DNA of 61,489 nt, the filler included, from Choristocarpus tenellus KU-1152 (taxonomy: Eukaryota; Protista; Phaeophyceae): the NCBI GenBank assembly GCA_964200185.2. It is 8 parts of 8 records of this genome, joined end to end, with 100 filler letters (N's around TTAATTAATTAA, not from the genome) between each part and the next. Parts side by side here need not be neighbours in the genome. Positions count along the whole stretch, not along the records: positions 33,037 to 44,221 come from CAXNAD020002463.1; positions 44,322 to 51,252 come from CAXNAD020007030.1; positions 51,353 to 55,627 come from CAXNAD020015339.1; 5 more parts are not named here. One strand, written 5' to 3'. Under the pieces are notes generated by a model. The model searched no databases, was not told the DNA's origin, and was given only the letters and a program-made list of their open reading frames with translations. The stretch's first letter is position 1. Each line of letters begins with the position of its first letter. Below are positions 39,575 to 51,989 of this stretch, one piece after another. Position numbers and translations under genes: made by a program.

Positions 39575-40138
39575 GCATTTCAAATCGCACAAACTTTACG
39601 AAAACTTTCGACCTGTTTGTTGAAGTAGTACTCCCTATATCTCACTTTGACAAGACAAATGCAGCCGTAGTCCAGCATTGCTTCATACATCAATGCATGG
39701 CAGCATGTACTACGTAGTGGTACATATCACCATCACACACTATTGTGAGCATAACTTAAATAAACGGTCAAATGTTTCGTTATACTACCCAAAAACGGCT
39801 GGAGTTTGCATGACTTGAAACATGTGTGGGAGTCACGCGGTAAAAGATCCGTTAAGAGTGCTACAACATGCGCCTGGCATCCTTCGCTTCCCGCAAAATA
39901 TTACGTATCGGTCGAACAATGTCCCGCCAAAACAGAAAAAAATAAAATGGGCGGGGGGGTTCCCTGAATGAGGGTGCCTCCCACAACCACGGCAACCCTC
40001 CTTGCTCTGATATATAGCCTGCGTTATCAAGGATTGAGAATACTACACCATCCCAATTATATGTGTTAACTTGGCAATAATGAAGTGTATAAAGATGTAC
40101 TGTCAGGAAAGTCATGAGGTATTTTGGCTATCGAGTTT

Positions 40139-40319
40139 GACCTAAATTATCTGGGGGGGGGGGCTGTCTACACCAGGGTGTCCATTTGGGGCAAAACCAG
40201 GAAAGTGCACTTACATTATCCATCTGACGTATGCAACCAAATCATCCAAAAATAGCGGCATGAAAAAATTGACCCCAAATGGACAGCAGCAAACCCCCTC
40301 CCCCCAGATACTTTGAACC
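40139..40319 (+). mobile_element. MITE family A
   Basis: gacctaaattatctgggg...cccagatactttgaacc; internal sequence matches 25409-25590. Confidence 0.8.
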
Positions 40320-40439
40320 TTGGGACAAAAGCCACGAAAAAAGGAGAGCAGCATAGATACATGGGTACATTGCTCGTACCAGAATCTAGAATAGTAGTAA
40401 AAGAAAAAATATATATGTTCGTAAACTCAATCTTTACGA

Positions 40440-42100
40440 AGGTTTTCTTTACAGCTCCACAGGATTTGCGATGTCTGTTTTCATTCACCCTTTCTCCCAT
40501 GTTCTCCTGCTCTACATCAACCTCAAAGTCCTCCTCAATTTCGTATCTTAGAGCAATCTCATCCACAGTCCCAGAGGAAGTAATGAGGTTATTAATAGTC
40601 CATGTCGACACCTTGTCCTTCATTATCTACTTGTCCATAGCCTTGTGTGCATGACCTATACAAAATTGTTTATCACCTTGTGAATGTGCCCACCTGCCTT
40701 TCTTCCCCCCTTCAATGTTGGTTCCATGTTACCAGTCAAACCTGGTCTGTTCCCATACCTTGTACAAAGTACGCCCCTGCTTGTGGCATGTGCTAACGTA
40801 GTGCTGGCCATATGCTCAAACAACTCATTTTTGGATTGGAATGGAGCCATATAGGTATGAAGGAGGAACAAAAAATCAAGTCACATACCTCAGATTCTGC
40901 CGAGCTCTTGACCCTCTCCAGCAGTTTATCAGGGGCATGACTTCAAAGTGATATTCTATTGGCTGCAGTGACCTACTCGATCTTGCACCATCCTTTGAAT
41001 GAGGAAATTATCATTCAGGGGGAATATTAAGGTCACAAATATCGCCAGTTCAACTCAACAGCAATTGTCGTTTACTCACCAAAATTCTGTAAGAAAAGGC
41101 TGACATTGTAGGTCTTGATGGTTTAGGTCAGGCTTCTTTGCCTCTTCATCCTAACCATAGTGGTCAAGGCATTGTCAAGCACCAGCTTTATCTTCCTAAG
41201 GAAAAAAATATCGGACTAAGGTCAGAAGGTGCAAGGTTTGCCAAAACGTCATGCTGTTGTCCATCGAGGCATGGTAATCCCTTGTTAGACTTGCCATGTC
41301 AAAGCAGCTCGACAGTCAACTCTTGACAAGACTGTACATATTTTCACCCATCTCTTGGTACCCCCCTAAATCCCTTCGTAATCAGAATATTCTTATCATC
41401 GAAAGTGGCCAGTGGGAAATAATTGGTAATCCTGGCACTGATAACTATTTTTCCTTGAACCCTTCCCCGCTATGGGCCCATGTCGTCTTCAGCTACCCTA
41501 TCTTTGCCAATTAGTCGGAGTATGAAGTATGAATATGCTGAACAATGCAAATGGTGAACAGCACTCCACTGTGTACACAAAGAGCCACACTTCCCCTTGC
41601 CTACTCATGGTTCTGGTCTAAGATGTGAGCCTACAGTGTGAAAGAAAAATGCAAAGGTGTGAACTTCCTGCGTTTATCCTTGTCAAATTTTGACTTCTTC
41701 ATTCAGTCTCCCCTCACTTTAACCTGTTAAAATTTGCATCTTTCCCACCATTCATTGACGATCCTGTGAATTTCTACCTCTCCATTGGGCTTCAGAGTGG
41801 TGAAAAGGGTCACAGCTTGAAACTGGCTGCGGTCATCACATGCTGACAAAGGCCTAGTAGAGGATGTTAGGCGAGAGTCTGGGTGAGTCAACACTGCAAC
41901 CTTCCTTCTTCAGGTGAAGAGCATCAAGGGCCTCCATGTCCTTCTTCCTCAGCTCCCTCTCTTCATGATCCTCGGCCATATTATCCTTCAACCACTTTAT
42001 CTGAGCACATGTAGCAAGTTCTTTGCTTGATTTGATTGCGCCATTCTTTCTCTATGATGATCGCATCCATTCTCTAAGCATGAAATCGGCCATATTCCGA
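40440..42100 (-). mobile_element. Decayed IS630/Tc1-like DDE transposase
   Basis: Ordered relic motifs LFVYT (about 41580), GKG (about 41460), DYHASMD (about 41270), YMAPFQ..ELF*AYGQHYV (about 40850-40800; cf. PPY.P..QPIELxWA), acidic tail; many disablements. Confidence 0.55.
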
Positions 42101-42549
42101 CTTAACTGTGCATGGCTAGCGGGTGGGCCTGGTCATCATGTTGAGTCGTAACGACCATGAACTCGGATGTGTTAGAACATTATATCTATTGCTGGTCAGG
42201 TAATTTTTTCGTACTCAGGGCAACCACATCATGACCATGCCTTCTTATTCACCATTAACTCCCTTGTATCTTGTATGCTATAGTGTTGACAGTCACCTCT
42301 AGGATCAGACACTTGATATTTTTGGAAAGGTTGCCCAACGAGTTATACACAACGATCAGCATATCGAATGAAAGCTCTTGATCTAAGCTATCGATTTCCG
42401 GCAAGTAATTCTATCGCAAAATTATTTTGGTAACTTATGTTCTTTGTTATTTCGAACCAAGAAAACCCAGCGAAGATTTGAAAGAGTTCTATTTATCTAA
42501 ATGTAATACTGGAGTGTAGGTTAACCTTTTGACGTGTACACATTTCCCA

Positions 42550-42900
42550 TCATGGACTAGTACAACACATAGTGGATATCGTCCGGACATGCCAGAAAAT
42601 AGTTAGACTGGCTGGCGACCATGGCCCGGACATGTAAGAAAAAGGTTGAACTGGTCGACTCCCGGACAGAGCAGTACAATTTCCCAGTGGACATGGTCTG
42701 GACATACTAGAGAATGCCATACCCGGTCTGGTAGGCGGACATGGACCAGTACAGTGCGTAATGGACATGGTACAGGCATGTTAGGGAATATTGGATCTGG
42801 TCCGGCGTGGTGGACATGGACCGGTTCAGCACCTAGTGGTCTTAGATCGGGACATGTTCAAACATTGTGGGACTGGTCCAGCCAGCAGACAGGACAATTT
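42550..42900. repeat. Cluster of GGACATG(G) motifs
   Basis: At least 7 GGACATG copies plus variants within 350 bp at irregular spacing. Confidence 0.6.
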
Positions 42901-44042
42901 TCATTAGGCAGCCCGGTGAAAAGCCCTTGTTAAATCATGATATGTCCAATATGACCCTCCGCAGAATGGCAGGCAGGGTAGAAGACCTATTCAGACCGTC
43001 CAAAAATAGCCAAACCGGTGTATGGACAATGTATACTCAAATATCAGAAAAACAAGGGAACGAAAAAAGTAGTGGAACCTGGAGGGCAGAACAGGATGAT
43101 GGCCAGTGGGGTCATGGATAGTAATGAGTGCTTACCACTAAGCAGTCCTTAATGACGTATGTATGGATGATGACAGATTAAAATTGTGTGGATGAGAGAG
43201 TAAGCACGATAGCCCTCCGAATTATCCTCAACGTATGTGGACTGGAGTCAAATGAACTTGAGCTACATTCAAGGAGGATAGGATGAATGCAGGCCTAGAC
43301 GATTCTAGCGTGCAACAACCATAGTGATTTTTTAGAGTGACTCTAAAAGTACCTTGAAGTATCACTTCTTACAGTGATTCGTTGTACTTCGAAATATATG
43401 TTTTAAACATCAAATAGGTAGGGGATGTTGAACAACAACTGCAGCCTATTGACCCACAAAGCTTCTTTTTTACTCGTTCCAACTGACCCCACCAGTTGCA
43501 TTATAATCCATATTGTGACACTAATATGAGCATTCTTACTGTGGTTACCCAGATACTTTGACCCGATGGCGATGGACTCGGTCGAGTTCGAGCATGGTTG
43601 GACAGGGCCGGGTGGGCGGCCCGGCCCGTCTTTGTTAAGGTAGCGACAGACTTGGACTCGGGCCGTGTTCAAACGTACTTGCTCCTGGTCGACTGGTGGT
43701 CCGTTCATGTTGAAGTGGTGATGCCCCTACAACTAGCAGTTGAAATAGTGTTTTTTGTTTTTCGTTTGCAGGCAATTAACAGCAGTAACAAAAAGCCTGA
43801 CTTTGAAGCAGGTTAGATGGTAATTGATTGGCAGCACGCTTGTGGAACTATCACCAAGTATTATATGCACTGTGGTTTCATCCACTGTATATTTACGCCA
43901 GGCCCCTTTGCTTGCACGCATCCTACTCCCCATACCTTCAGCCCCAAAATATACCAAATACTCCTTCTACTACAATCGTGATCTCCTCAGAATTAGAGTT
44001 TCCCCAGTTTTTTAGGCCTTTGGTTCATGGGGATTTAATTGT

Positions 44043-44344
44043 GACTCAAAGTATCTGGGGGGGGTGGCGGCTATCCATTTGGGGTGATTTTTTTCATGTC
44101 GCGATTTTTAGGTGATTTGGTTGCATACGTCGGATGGGTAATGTAAATGCACTTTTCCTTACTTTGACCCAAATGGACACCCTGGTGTAGACCTCCCCCC
44201 CCCCCCCCCCACACCACCCCANNNNNNNNNNNNNNNNNNNNNNNNNNNNNNNNNNNNNNNNNNNNTTAATTAATTAANNNNNNNNNNNNNNNNNNNNNNN
44301 NNNNNNNNNNNNNNNNNNNNNCCCCCCCCAAGATACTTTGACCC
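44043..44344 (-). mobile_element. MITE family A spanning a gap
   Basis: gactcaaagtatctgggg...gtagacctcccc [gap] ccccaagatactttgaccc. Confidence 0.8.
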
Positions 44345-46076
44345 TTATTGAACCCACCTAGATGGCTGTTGGAACTGGAAATGAATGGCTTAGAACACAC
44401 AATTAGCAATGTGATCAACAAAGGTGCATCAGCAACAAGAATACAGTTTTTATAAACCTAACGTTAATAGTACTGAAGTGGATAGCAGCAACAAAAATAT
44501 TCGTAAGAACAGTAAGAAAAATAACATCGCATGGAGCTTGGAAATTACAAAATATCCGAGAGAATATAGACGATAGTGCTGTGCAGCTTAGCCCTGTTTT
44601 CTTGTAAGTGTCTTACGGTAGATGAATGTAACCAACTGTCTGGAATCGCTTTGTTTGTACACCAATTGTACTCTAAACTACATATTATTTTGAAAATATA
44701 TTGATCAATAAGTGGCAAACAATTTCTTACTCCCTCAATGTTGTCTCAAGGTGTCAAAACGTGTAGGTTCTCCTGCTGGCCTCTACCACACTAGAAGAGG
44801 AAGGGAAGGAGGAATCAAGCTCCCCAAGCCCACAAAGGTTTGCACCAAGAGCGCTATCCAGGCCACTAGATCACAGGGGTGTGGGACAGGGACATGGGCT
44901 GTGCCTCAGTACTGGAGGTGAGTCCCACGACTTTCACAACCTTCATACTGCCCAAGAGGGTTTTCCCACCATTCCAGGTGACAATAGGGCAGAATCAGTT
45001 GTTTTCAGTAACTGTAGTGCTTGTGCATGCCAACATCATCAAGCACACAGAAAAAATCGTGAATACAAGAGTGGGTGTGATGTCCTGGTCCATCCAGGTC
45101 AGATAATCAGAAGGCTACCAAGAAAAGGAAAAAGGAATAATAATAATGATAAGAAGAAGAATTGAAAGTAGAAGAAGAAGGATTGGAGGAAGCAGCTCTG
45201 CTACCGCATCACCAGTAATAATAATATCTGTCCTCCAAGAACTACTGTTATTATATATTTTTTTGTAATCTGCAGAGAATATATATTTGTTCAAAAACCG
45301 TGCTACACACCCACGACCTACTACTAATGTAATAAGATCGCTTTTCTTGTGGGGATTCACACCACCCACTAGGTGCTCCGGTGACTTCTGCGAGACGCGC
45401 ACTATTGCCAAGGAAACCCTCAACCAGGTTGACCGACCCTCTAGCCCACTGAGCCGTGACAAAAGTTCGTTGGCAATGTCAGAACAGGGTGAAAGAAGGA
45501 AACATAAGGGTGTCATCAGTGCTGCAAGTGGACCTAATGCCAGGGGGGGTATTCAGAGGGCAGGAGGGGAGGATAGGGGTGTGGAAGAAGTGGTGGTAGG
45601 GAAGCGGAAACACAACTTCGCAATGGATGTGCCAAGGACAGTGATGTATCGCATGGTGAGTCATGGATGAGGATTAAAAAAGGCAAAATCTGTACTTTGA
45701 CTCTCTGTTTTGCAGTGTGACCCACAAAGGGCAAATCCCCACCAGTGCTTCCTCTGTATCAGACACCCCTGTCACAAGGCGTTGTCCCAGGTCGGGGAAT
45801 AAATTATGAGTATTATTAATTCTGCAGGGTTAATGAATCCTACTGGCTGGGCGTGATTAATGTGGTGTTCATTTGGTGTACTGTTGCTTTTCGGATGTGT
45901 CTATCCTATCCATCTTACCAGTGTTTTATGGCTGATCTTCTTAGTATTGGTGCTGCATTGCTTTTACCATCACGATTATTTTTTATATCCTTACACATAC
46001 CCACAGACAACACTTAGGATAACAGATCTCAAGAGCTCACATTTTGACCACTTGACTAAACCTATTTGTGGCTTAT

Positions 46077-46336
46077 GAGCCAAAGCATTTAAGAGGGTAG
46101 GGCCGCACCTGTTAAGGGTCATGAATCCAATGTTGCGATCCTTATTAATTTTGGCTATCGTATTTATTAGCAAGTGTCAATATCCTTGCTCCGGACACAT
46201 CTTTCATAGTCGTGTACTTTTTTGGTAACTGTGCTCACACAGAAAACCAAAAAAGGGCACAAAAAAACGTTGGGAAGTCAAACTCCCTGAACAGACAAAC
46301 AGGGCAAAACTCCTACCCTATTAAATGCTTTGGTTC
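46077..46336 (+). mobile_element. MITE family B variant with 4-bp TSD TTAT
   Basis: TIR GAGCCAAAGCATTTAA...TTAAATGCTTTGGTTC; TTAT at 46073-46076 and 46337-46340. Confidence 0.82.
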
Positions 46337-46952
46337 TTATCCAGAACCATGTTTGGGTTGCCCTAGTACGTATGGAGTGGAGATCATGGCACTTCACATA
46401 TATTCATGGAACAAGAAAGGATAATTCTCAAAAACGACACACCTTGATGCAAAAACAAGAATTGCTGAAGCATATTACAGACAAAGTACGATGTATAGTC
46501 AGCAATTGTCCCCTGTAAGTGTGTGTGTTAGTCCCTCTGCGAGGATTGTTGTGGTTCTAAGAGTCCAAACGATGGCATCTTCCTGAAGAAGAGTTAACGT
46601 TCCAAACAAATATCATTGTCCTCCCTTTTGAGTCTCTCAGGTGATCAATGCAAGGTCTGCTTTGCTGAACTGGGCACCCACCTCGGTCGACTTTGCTCAG
46701 ATGGAAAAACCTGTTCAGCTATGCTCTACCTGCTATGAAGTGTGTCACCGCATTGAGATGGGTCGTATTGAGGTAGGGTACTATTTGTGTAGGGACAATG
46801 TGCTGAATACGAACTTAGGGCATGTGTGTGAAAACCCAGCGACCTGTACCCACCCATCCCACCCGCCCTCATGCATCCACACGCACACAATTTACCCAGT
46901 AACGCCACAGAGAGTAAGGCATTCTGTACTTCGACATGTATTGAAGAGTAGT

Positions 46953-47209
46953 GAGTGAATGTATCTTAGAGGGTACGAGTTTTGCCCTATTTGTCCATTT
47001 GGGGCTTGACTTACCAGGGTTTTTTATTACATTTTCCTACTCCGAAATGTTTCGGAGCAGGCAAAATGTATACGTTGTGAAAAGGTGTGTCCGGAACAGG
47101 GATACTGACATTTCCTAACAAACACTATAGCCAAAATTACATTAAAATCGCAACATTGGATTTTGGCCCCCAAATGGACGTAACTCTACCCTCTAAGATA
47201 CTTTGACTC
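46953..47209 (-). mobile_element. MITE family B (reverse orientation)
   Basis: gagtgaatgtatcttagagggtacgag...ctaccctctaagatactttgactc. Confidence 0.85.
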
Positions 47210-48671
47210 TGTAATATGTCATGTTCAGTCTACTGTTGTGCATAAAATACTAAAGTACGCTGGAGTATATAATATTCCATGCGTAGTATGTATTATTGAC
47301 TATGCCAAGTAACAAATCAGTGACTCCCCTTGTCCAAGGTCGAAAGTTTATGCAGCCTAACGCACTTATTTGTTGAAATATTTGACTTTCATTGGTACAT
47401 TTTTGGAAGAGGACGACAAACTGATTGGAGGATGCTCCTGTTTGTTGCGATAGGAAAGGAACAAATGAAATGTTTGAGGGGTTATTCTCCTGCCATACTA
47501 CAGAGCTGGGTCTGGCCAACAATTCGGATCTTGACAGCACAGAGGACACGCCGTGGTGCCAAAAGCGATTTGCACAAACTAGTAGAAATATTATATTTTG
47601 CAGTGGGCCATTTGGGTTCCTAAATCCTACACACAACCTCCTTGGTAACCTTCAATCCTCATACTATACTGTACAATACACTCGGGATATTATTGATATC
47701 ATTGGTCTTGGTATGGTTTAATTGCTACTATAAGCAAAGACTTCACCACTACCATCACACCCATATGTCCATGTGTCCCTGCAATAGACCACAACAAGGG
47801 TCATGGAGGCAGAAGAAGCGGCTCTTGATGCAGACCAGAAACGTAAATTTAGCAAGCCACGAGGTTGGAAAAGTCGTATTCAGGTGTGCAGAGCATCAGC
47901 TTCGTGTGATACATCTCAATCGCTCTCATTGACAGGAGGGTCAGACATAGACAGATCCACTAGTGAAAATGATAACTTCACATAGTAGAATGCTAATGGG
48001 TCGTGCAATTCAAGGTGATGAATGGACTTCCTATTGTCTGATTTTAACACCTCCGAATACTCACACACCTCACACACCTAACGTATTGTGAGGAAACTAT
48101 TGTAAGTGACATCGTCAACCCCCTAGCCGGAACCAGTATGTGTGAAGTTGTTTGTAATCGACCTTCCATACTCACAACTACTCTGCACCTCAGACACCAG
48201 ACAGTACACCAACAGAACACGTAATGCATTTGTACATACATGCTTATTACTACACATTTCCTCAGAGCACATAACATATATTATTGCTGCAGGGGCACAT
48301 ACATGTATGGAAGACTTTGACACTTGAGCTTTATCCCATCTTCTGATCAACTGGTCCACCTTTCCTCGGAACACTGGTGACCTCTCACTGTGAACCTGAG
48401 ACATGCAATAATCAGATGATACTTGGCACCTTAGGGAAGCTGTACTTTAGTAAGAGTAAATGAACACTCAAATTAGGCTAGATGCAGACAGATTTCCCCA
48501 AGTAAGATAAGGGTATATGTCTTGGACCTAGTAGGAGTTAGCTATTTTATTCTCTTCTTTTTCCTTGCCACAGGATGATCAGAGGTGATTGATGATATCT
48601 ATTGTATCCACCACTGACAATCGCCTGTGGTAAGTGTGAAACAAATATTGCTTGTTCATGCTGGGGGGCAT

Positions 48672-49145
48672 GTTACAGGCGAATAGTGCGAGCAGTATAC
48701 TAGATTAGTAGTACATAGGTTGCCTTACAGATTAAATGCTGATTCCTTAGAAGATGCGGATTAAGATTCATAATGCATACGTAACCTTACAGAAGAAACG
48801 CCAAAGTTTCTAGAAGTTGCAGAATAAAGGTGTATGATTGGAGTATGTACACAGCAGTTTACAGATGTCTTTAACCATATAAGTCTGAAGAAAATGGGTG
48901 GATGATGAAAATAATAAAAAGGACTTTTGGTCACGATCTATCACCCCTCTTAAATAGTCTGTTATTTTCAAACGAAACATTGAGTTGAGCTTTGATCTAT
49001 GTACTGAGTGGAGTATCGAGAGAAGGCTGTCTGACACCCAAGAAACTGTTATCAAGGGCAATGACCCCATAGCTTCGTTTTAATGTAATTGGATTTGAGT
49101 TGTATATCCAGTGGAGGTGAGTTCTGGAGCGTGCTGTAACAAACC
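48672..49145 (+). repeat. Dispersed repeat, homologous to 25925-26420
   Basis: Matches the partner copy in reverse complement; ends just past a shared AG|GTGAGT donor-like site. Confidence 0.8.
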
Positions 49146-51210
49146 TTCGCCCTTGTTGACTTCCAAACAGCGGGACTACGAGGCTTCGTTGGAGCATGAC
49201 AGGGACAATATATGGAAACTTTTGTCGAGCCTCCAGCAGCCTGGAGAGCACACCCATTGTGATTCTGAAGAACTTTGCAGCAAGAAGAAGTCCAGACAAC
49301 GTCGAAGGGCCAAGGAACGCCAGAGGAGACAAATACGGTCAGGGTCCTCACCTGCAGGAAGGAAGGCAAAACAAGAGGGTACTGGTGGACTCCCGATGTC
49401 ACCCCAAGATGGCGCATGCGATGCTATTCCCTCGCCACCAAGAAGTGTGGACTGGGGTGGCGAGCAAGAACGTGATCTCTACAGGATGGACAGATTTGAA
49501 ACTAGTGAATGCAGTGTGGAGGGTATGGAAGGATGTGCTAGGTGGAGTGGGGAGACACAAGGTTCGAAGTAGCTGTTAATTGGGTTAAGAAGGGGATGGC
49601 AGACCAAGTCAGTACCATCGTTACCCTGTTGTTGTTGGACCAACAGTGTATCATAAATCTGAAGTTGGAGTTAGTTGTGGTGAAGGCAGTATACGTGCTG
49701 ACCCTCTCCAAATATAAAACGATTTCCATATGATGCTTCCTGTCCTGCTCTGGTTGTTATTTCTCTCTGGGCACGTCTTTTTTCACATCACTTCCCAATT
49801 CCTGCTTCCAGAAATATTTCTGCTATCTCTCAATTCTTCGCTATCCTTTCTGTACGCCCAACCTAGTATCAAGTGACAAGTCACCTCTTTTGGCCTGCAA
49901 GGCCTTGAAACTATCATGGGCTCTTGTTCTCCCTTTCTCCAGCGGGCTTGGTGAGATAATCTAACTCCAAGGCGGTACATGAAGGTATGTGCTTTGTACA
50001 TACAACAGTACATAAATTTACTGTGGCGTACTGACACTCTGCAGGTGATACAGGGGGGGGAGAAGAAGCAACATATAAGAGAATACAACTAAACAGCAAG
50101 CACAATAACAACAGTCTTTAGTCCTTACAGTTAAGATCTTCCAATGCACCTGCTATATTAATACTGCAGTGCAGTAGTACTGCATGGACTACATAATATG
50201 ATGAAGCAGATGTCGCTGTCATCATGCCTTTTTGATCCCATTGGCACCATGTGGAGAAGTTTAGGTGTTCATTCTGAAGTTTTGTGCGAATCTCTTTGTA
50301 CACTCTTCCAACTATGTATATACACGCAGTAAGGCAGGTGTGGTATAATCAGTTGACCACTCCACACAATGTTTTAAAAACAGTTCGTTGTCTGGACTCC
50401 TGACTCTGGAGAGAGTCCTGAAGAGGAATGAAGATATGTTGATTATCGGTGTGTACCCAGGTGCCTCGATTCTTTGTTACTGTGTATGGTCCTTCTATAT
50501 ATGGAAAAGATAGGATGCGTACCAAGAGAAGTGAGAAAGAGTGGACGCCAAAACTATCAGGGGGCTTTGGTTATACCAAACATAATTAAGATATGTTCAA
50601 CCAACGGGTACACTGCTTCGAAGTATATGACAACGTCAGTGTCGTTTTCGAGCCGTATGATACTATTCAAGTCCAGTTAAACAGTGATACGAACTAGTGT
50701 TGTTATACAGCAATGTATACGATACATTGTACGATATTGTTGTACAGAATACAGTTGACTGGTCTGAGCGCTCTAGAATACAACGATTGATTCAGTACCT
50801 TGTATGATGCTATAGAACCAGCTCCGTGGCTTCTCTGTGTTCGTCATGCTCTCTGGACCTTGTTGATGGACTTCCTTGACCTCTTGTAGCTTGATCTCTA
50901 ACAGAATGCAAGGCTGCGGTTGAAGCAAGTTGTGTTTTGATTCTTCTTTTGTCTGTGGGTATCTGTATTTGCACTGAGTGAGCGCATTTTGTGTAGTAGT
51001 TCTTGGCAGATTTAGTGTACGTCTAGTTGTTTGATATTGCGTCGTGCCTGTTGACTCATAGCCCTTGCTCAGCAGTTGTAGAAATATTGAAGTGATATGG
51101 GCTTATGACTTTGACAAGATGGGAGTATGAAAACACTATCCTTCATTTTTCACCTTTGAGAGCACGGAGGTGCAGCATCTCTCCTAACTTTCCCGCACCA
51201 GACTGGCACA

Positions 51211-51409
51211 GACCCAAAGTATCTGGGAGGGGGGGGGGGGTCTCCACCAGGGNNNNNNNNNNNNNNNNNNNNNNNNNNNNNNNNNNNNNNNNNNNNTTAA
51301 TTAATTAANNNNNNNNNNNNNNNNNNNNNNNNNNNNNNNNNNNNNNNNNNNNGCCCAGATGGACACCCTGGTGTAGACCCCCCCCCCCCCCCCCCAGATA
51401 CTTCGAGCC
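51211..51409. mobile_element. Two MITE family A ends flanking a gap
   Basis: 51211-51252 and 51353-51409 are both the GTCT(A/C)CACCAGGG end, in opposite orientation, so they belong to two copies. Confidence 0.7.
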
Positions 51410-51989
51410 CTCTTCTTCTTCAAAGGTGCCAGATATGCGAACCCTTTGCGACGAAAACGAAAAAGGTCTTGGCAAAGATGGGTATCTGCAGAAAGGACAG
51501 TTAAACCAAGTGTGATTATTATTATGCAAGTTTGGTTGAACTAAGGGTAAAGAAAAATGCTTAGTGGCACGTGTACGGGCAATATATGATGCTTGAGGAG
51601 CAAGTGGTGTAACTGGTGTCAATCTCCGACGCTTGCCACTCCCTACGATGGTGTCAACGGCACCATATTCATTCCCAAATGGACAGGAGTCAAATCCTCC
51701 TGGGCACCCCTATGGACGAGGAGTATAGTGACCCGGAAGTGACTGCTTATCCTCACGACCACGATGTCCATGATCTCTCCCTCTCTCTACGGCGTAAGTA
51801 TGGCTACCATTTTTCTCAGTACTTGCCTCAGGCAGGTGCTGATCCAACGGCTGCCCGTACTGCAGCTCGCCAGCTGGAAGACTCTCTTCCAAATCCAGTC
51901 CACGAACCTGCATTGAGTTGGGTAGGACTAGACAGGAAACTGGTGCCCGAGCTGAAGGGAGTGCAGGTGTTGGTAATGTGAATTGCTGC

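Larger units (their letters stand above)
44750..47985 (+). pseudogene. Spliced gene remnant of unknown product
   Basis: Consensus splice sites bound exon-like blocks (donors at 44918, 45656, 46773; exons about 45715-45790, 46356-46514, 46641-46772), but the 46356-46514 block needs a frameshift; no recognised domain. Confidence 0.35.

Noticed and set aside
42550-42900. Possible CRISPR-like array
   Set aside because: The motif is only 7-8 bp, spacing is irregular, there are no cas genes, and the context is eukaryotic.
49111-49572. 153-aa ORF as a standalone gene
   Set aside because: Starts at a GTG across a donor-like site within a repeat; low complexity with no domain.
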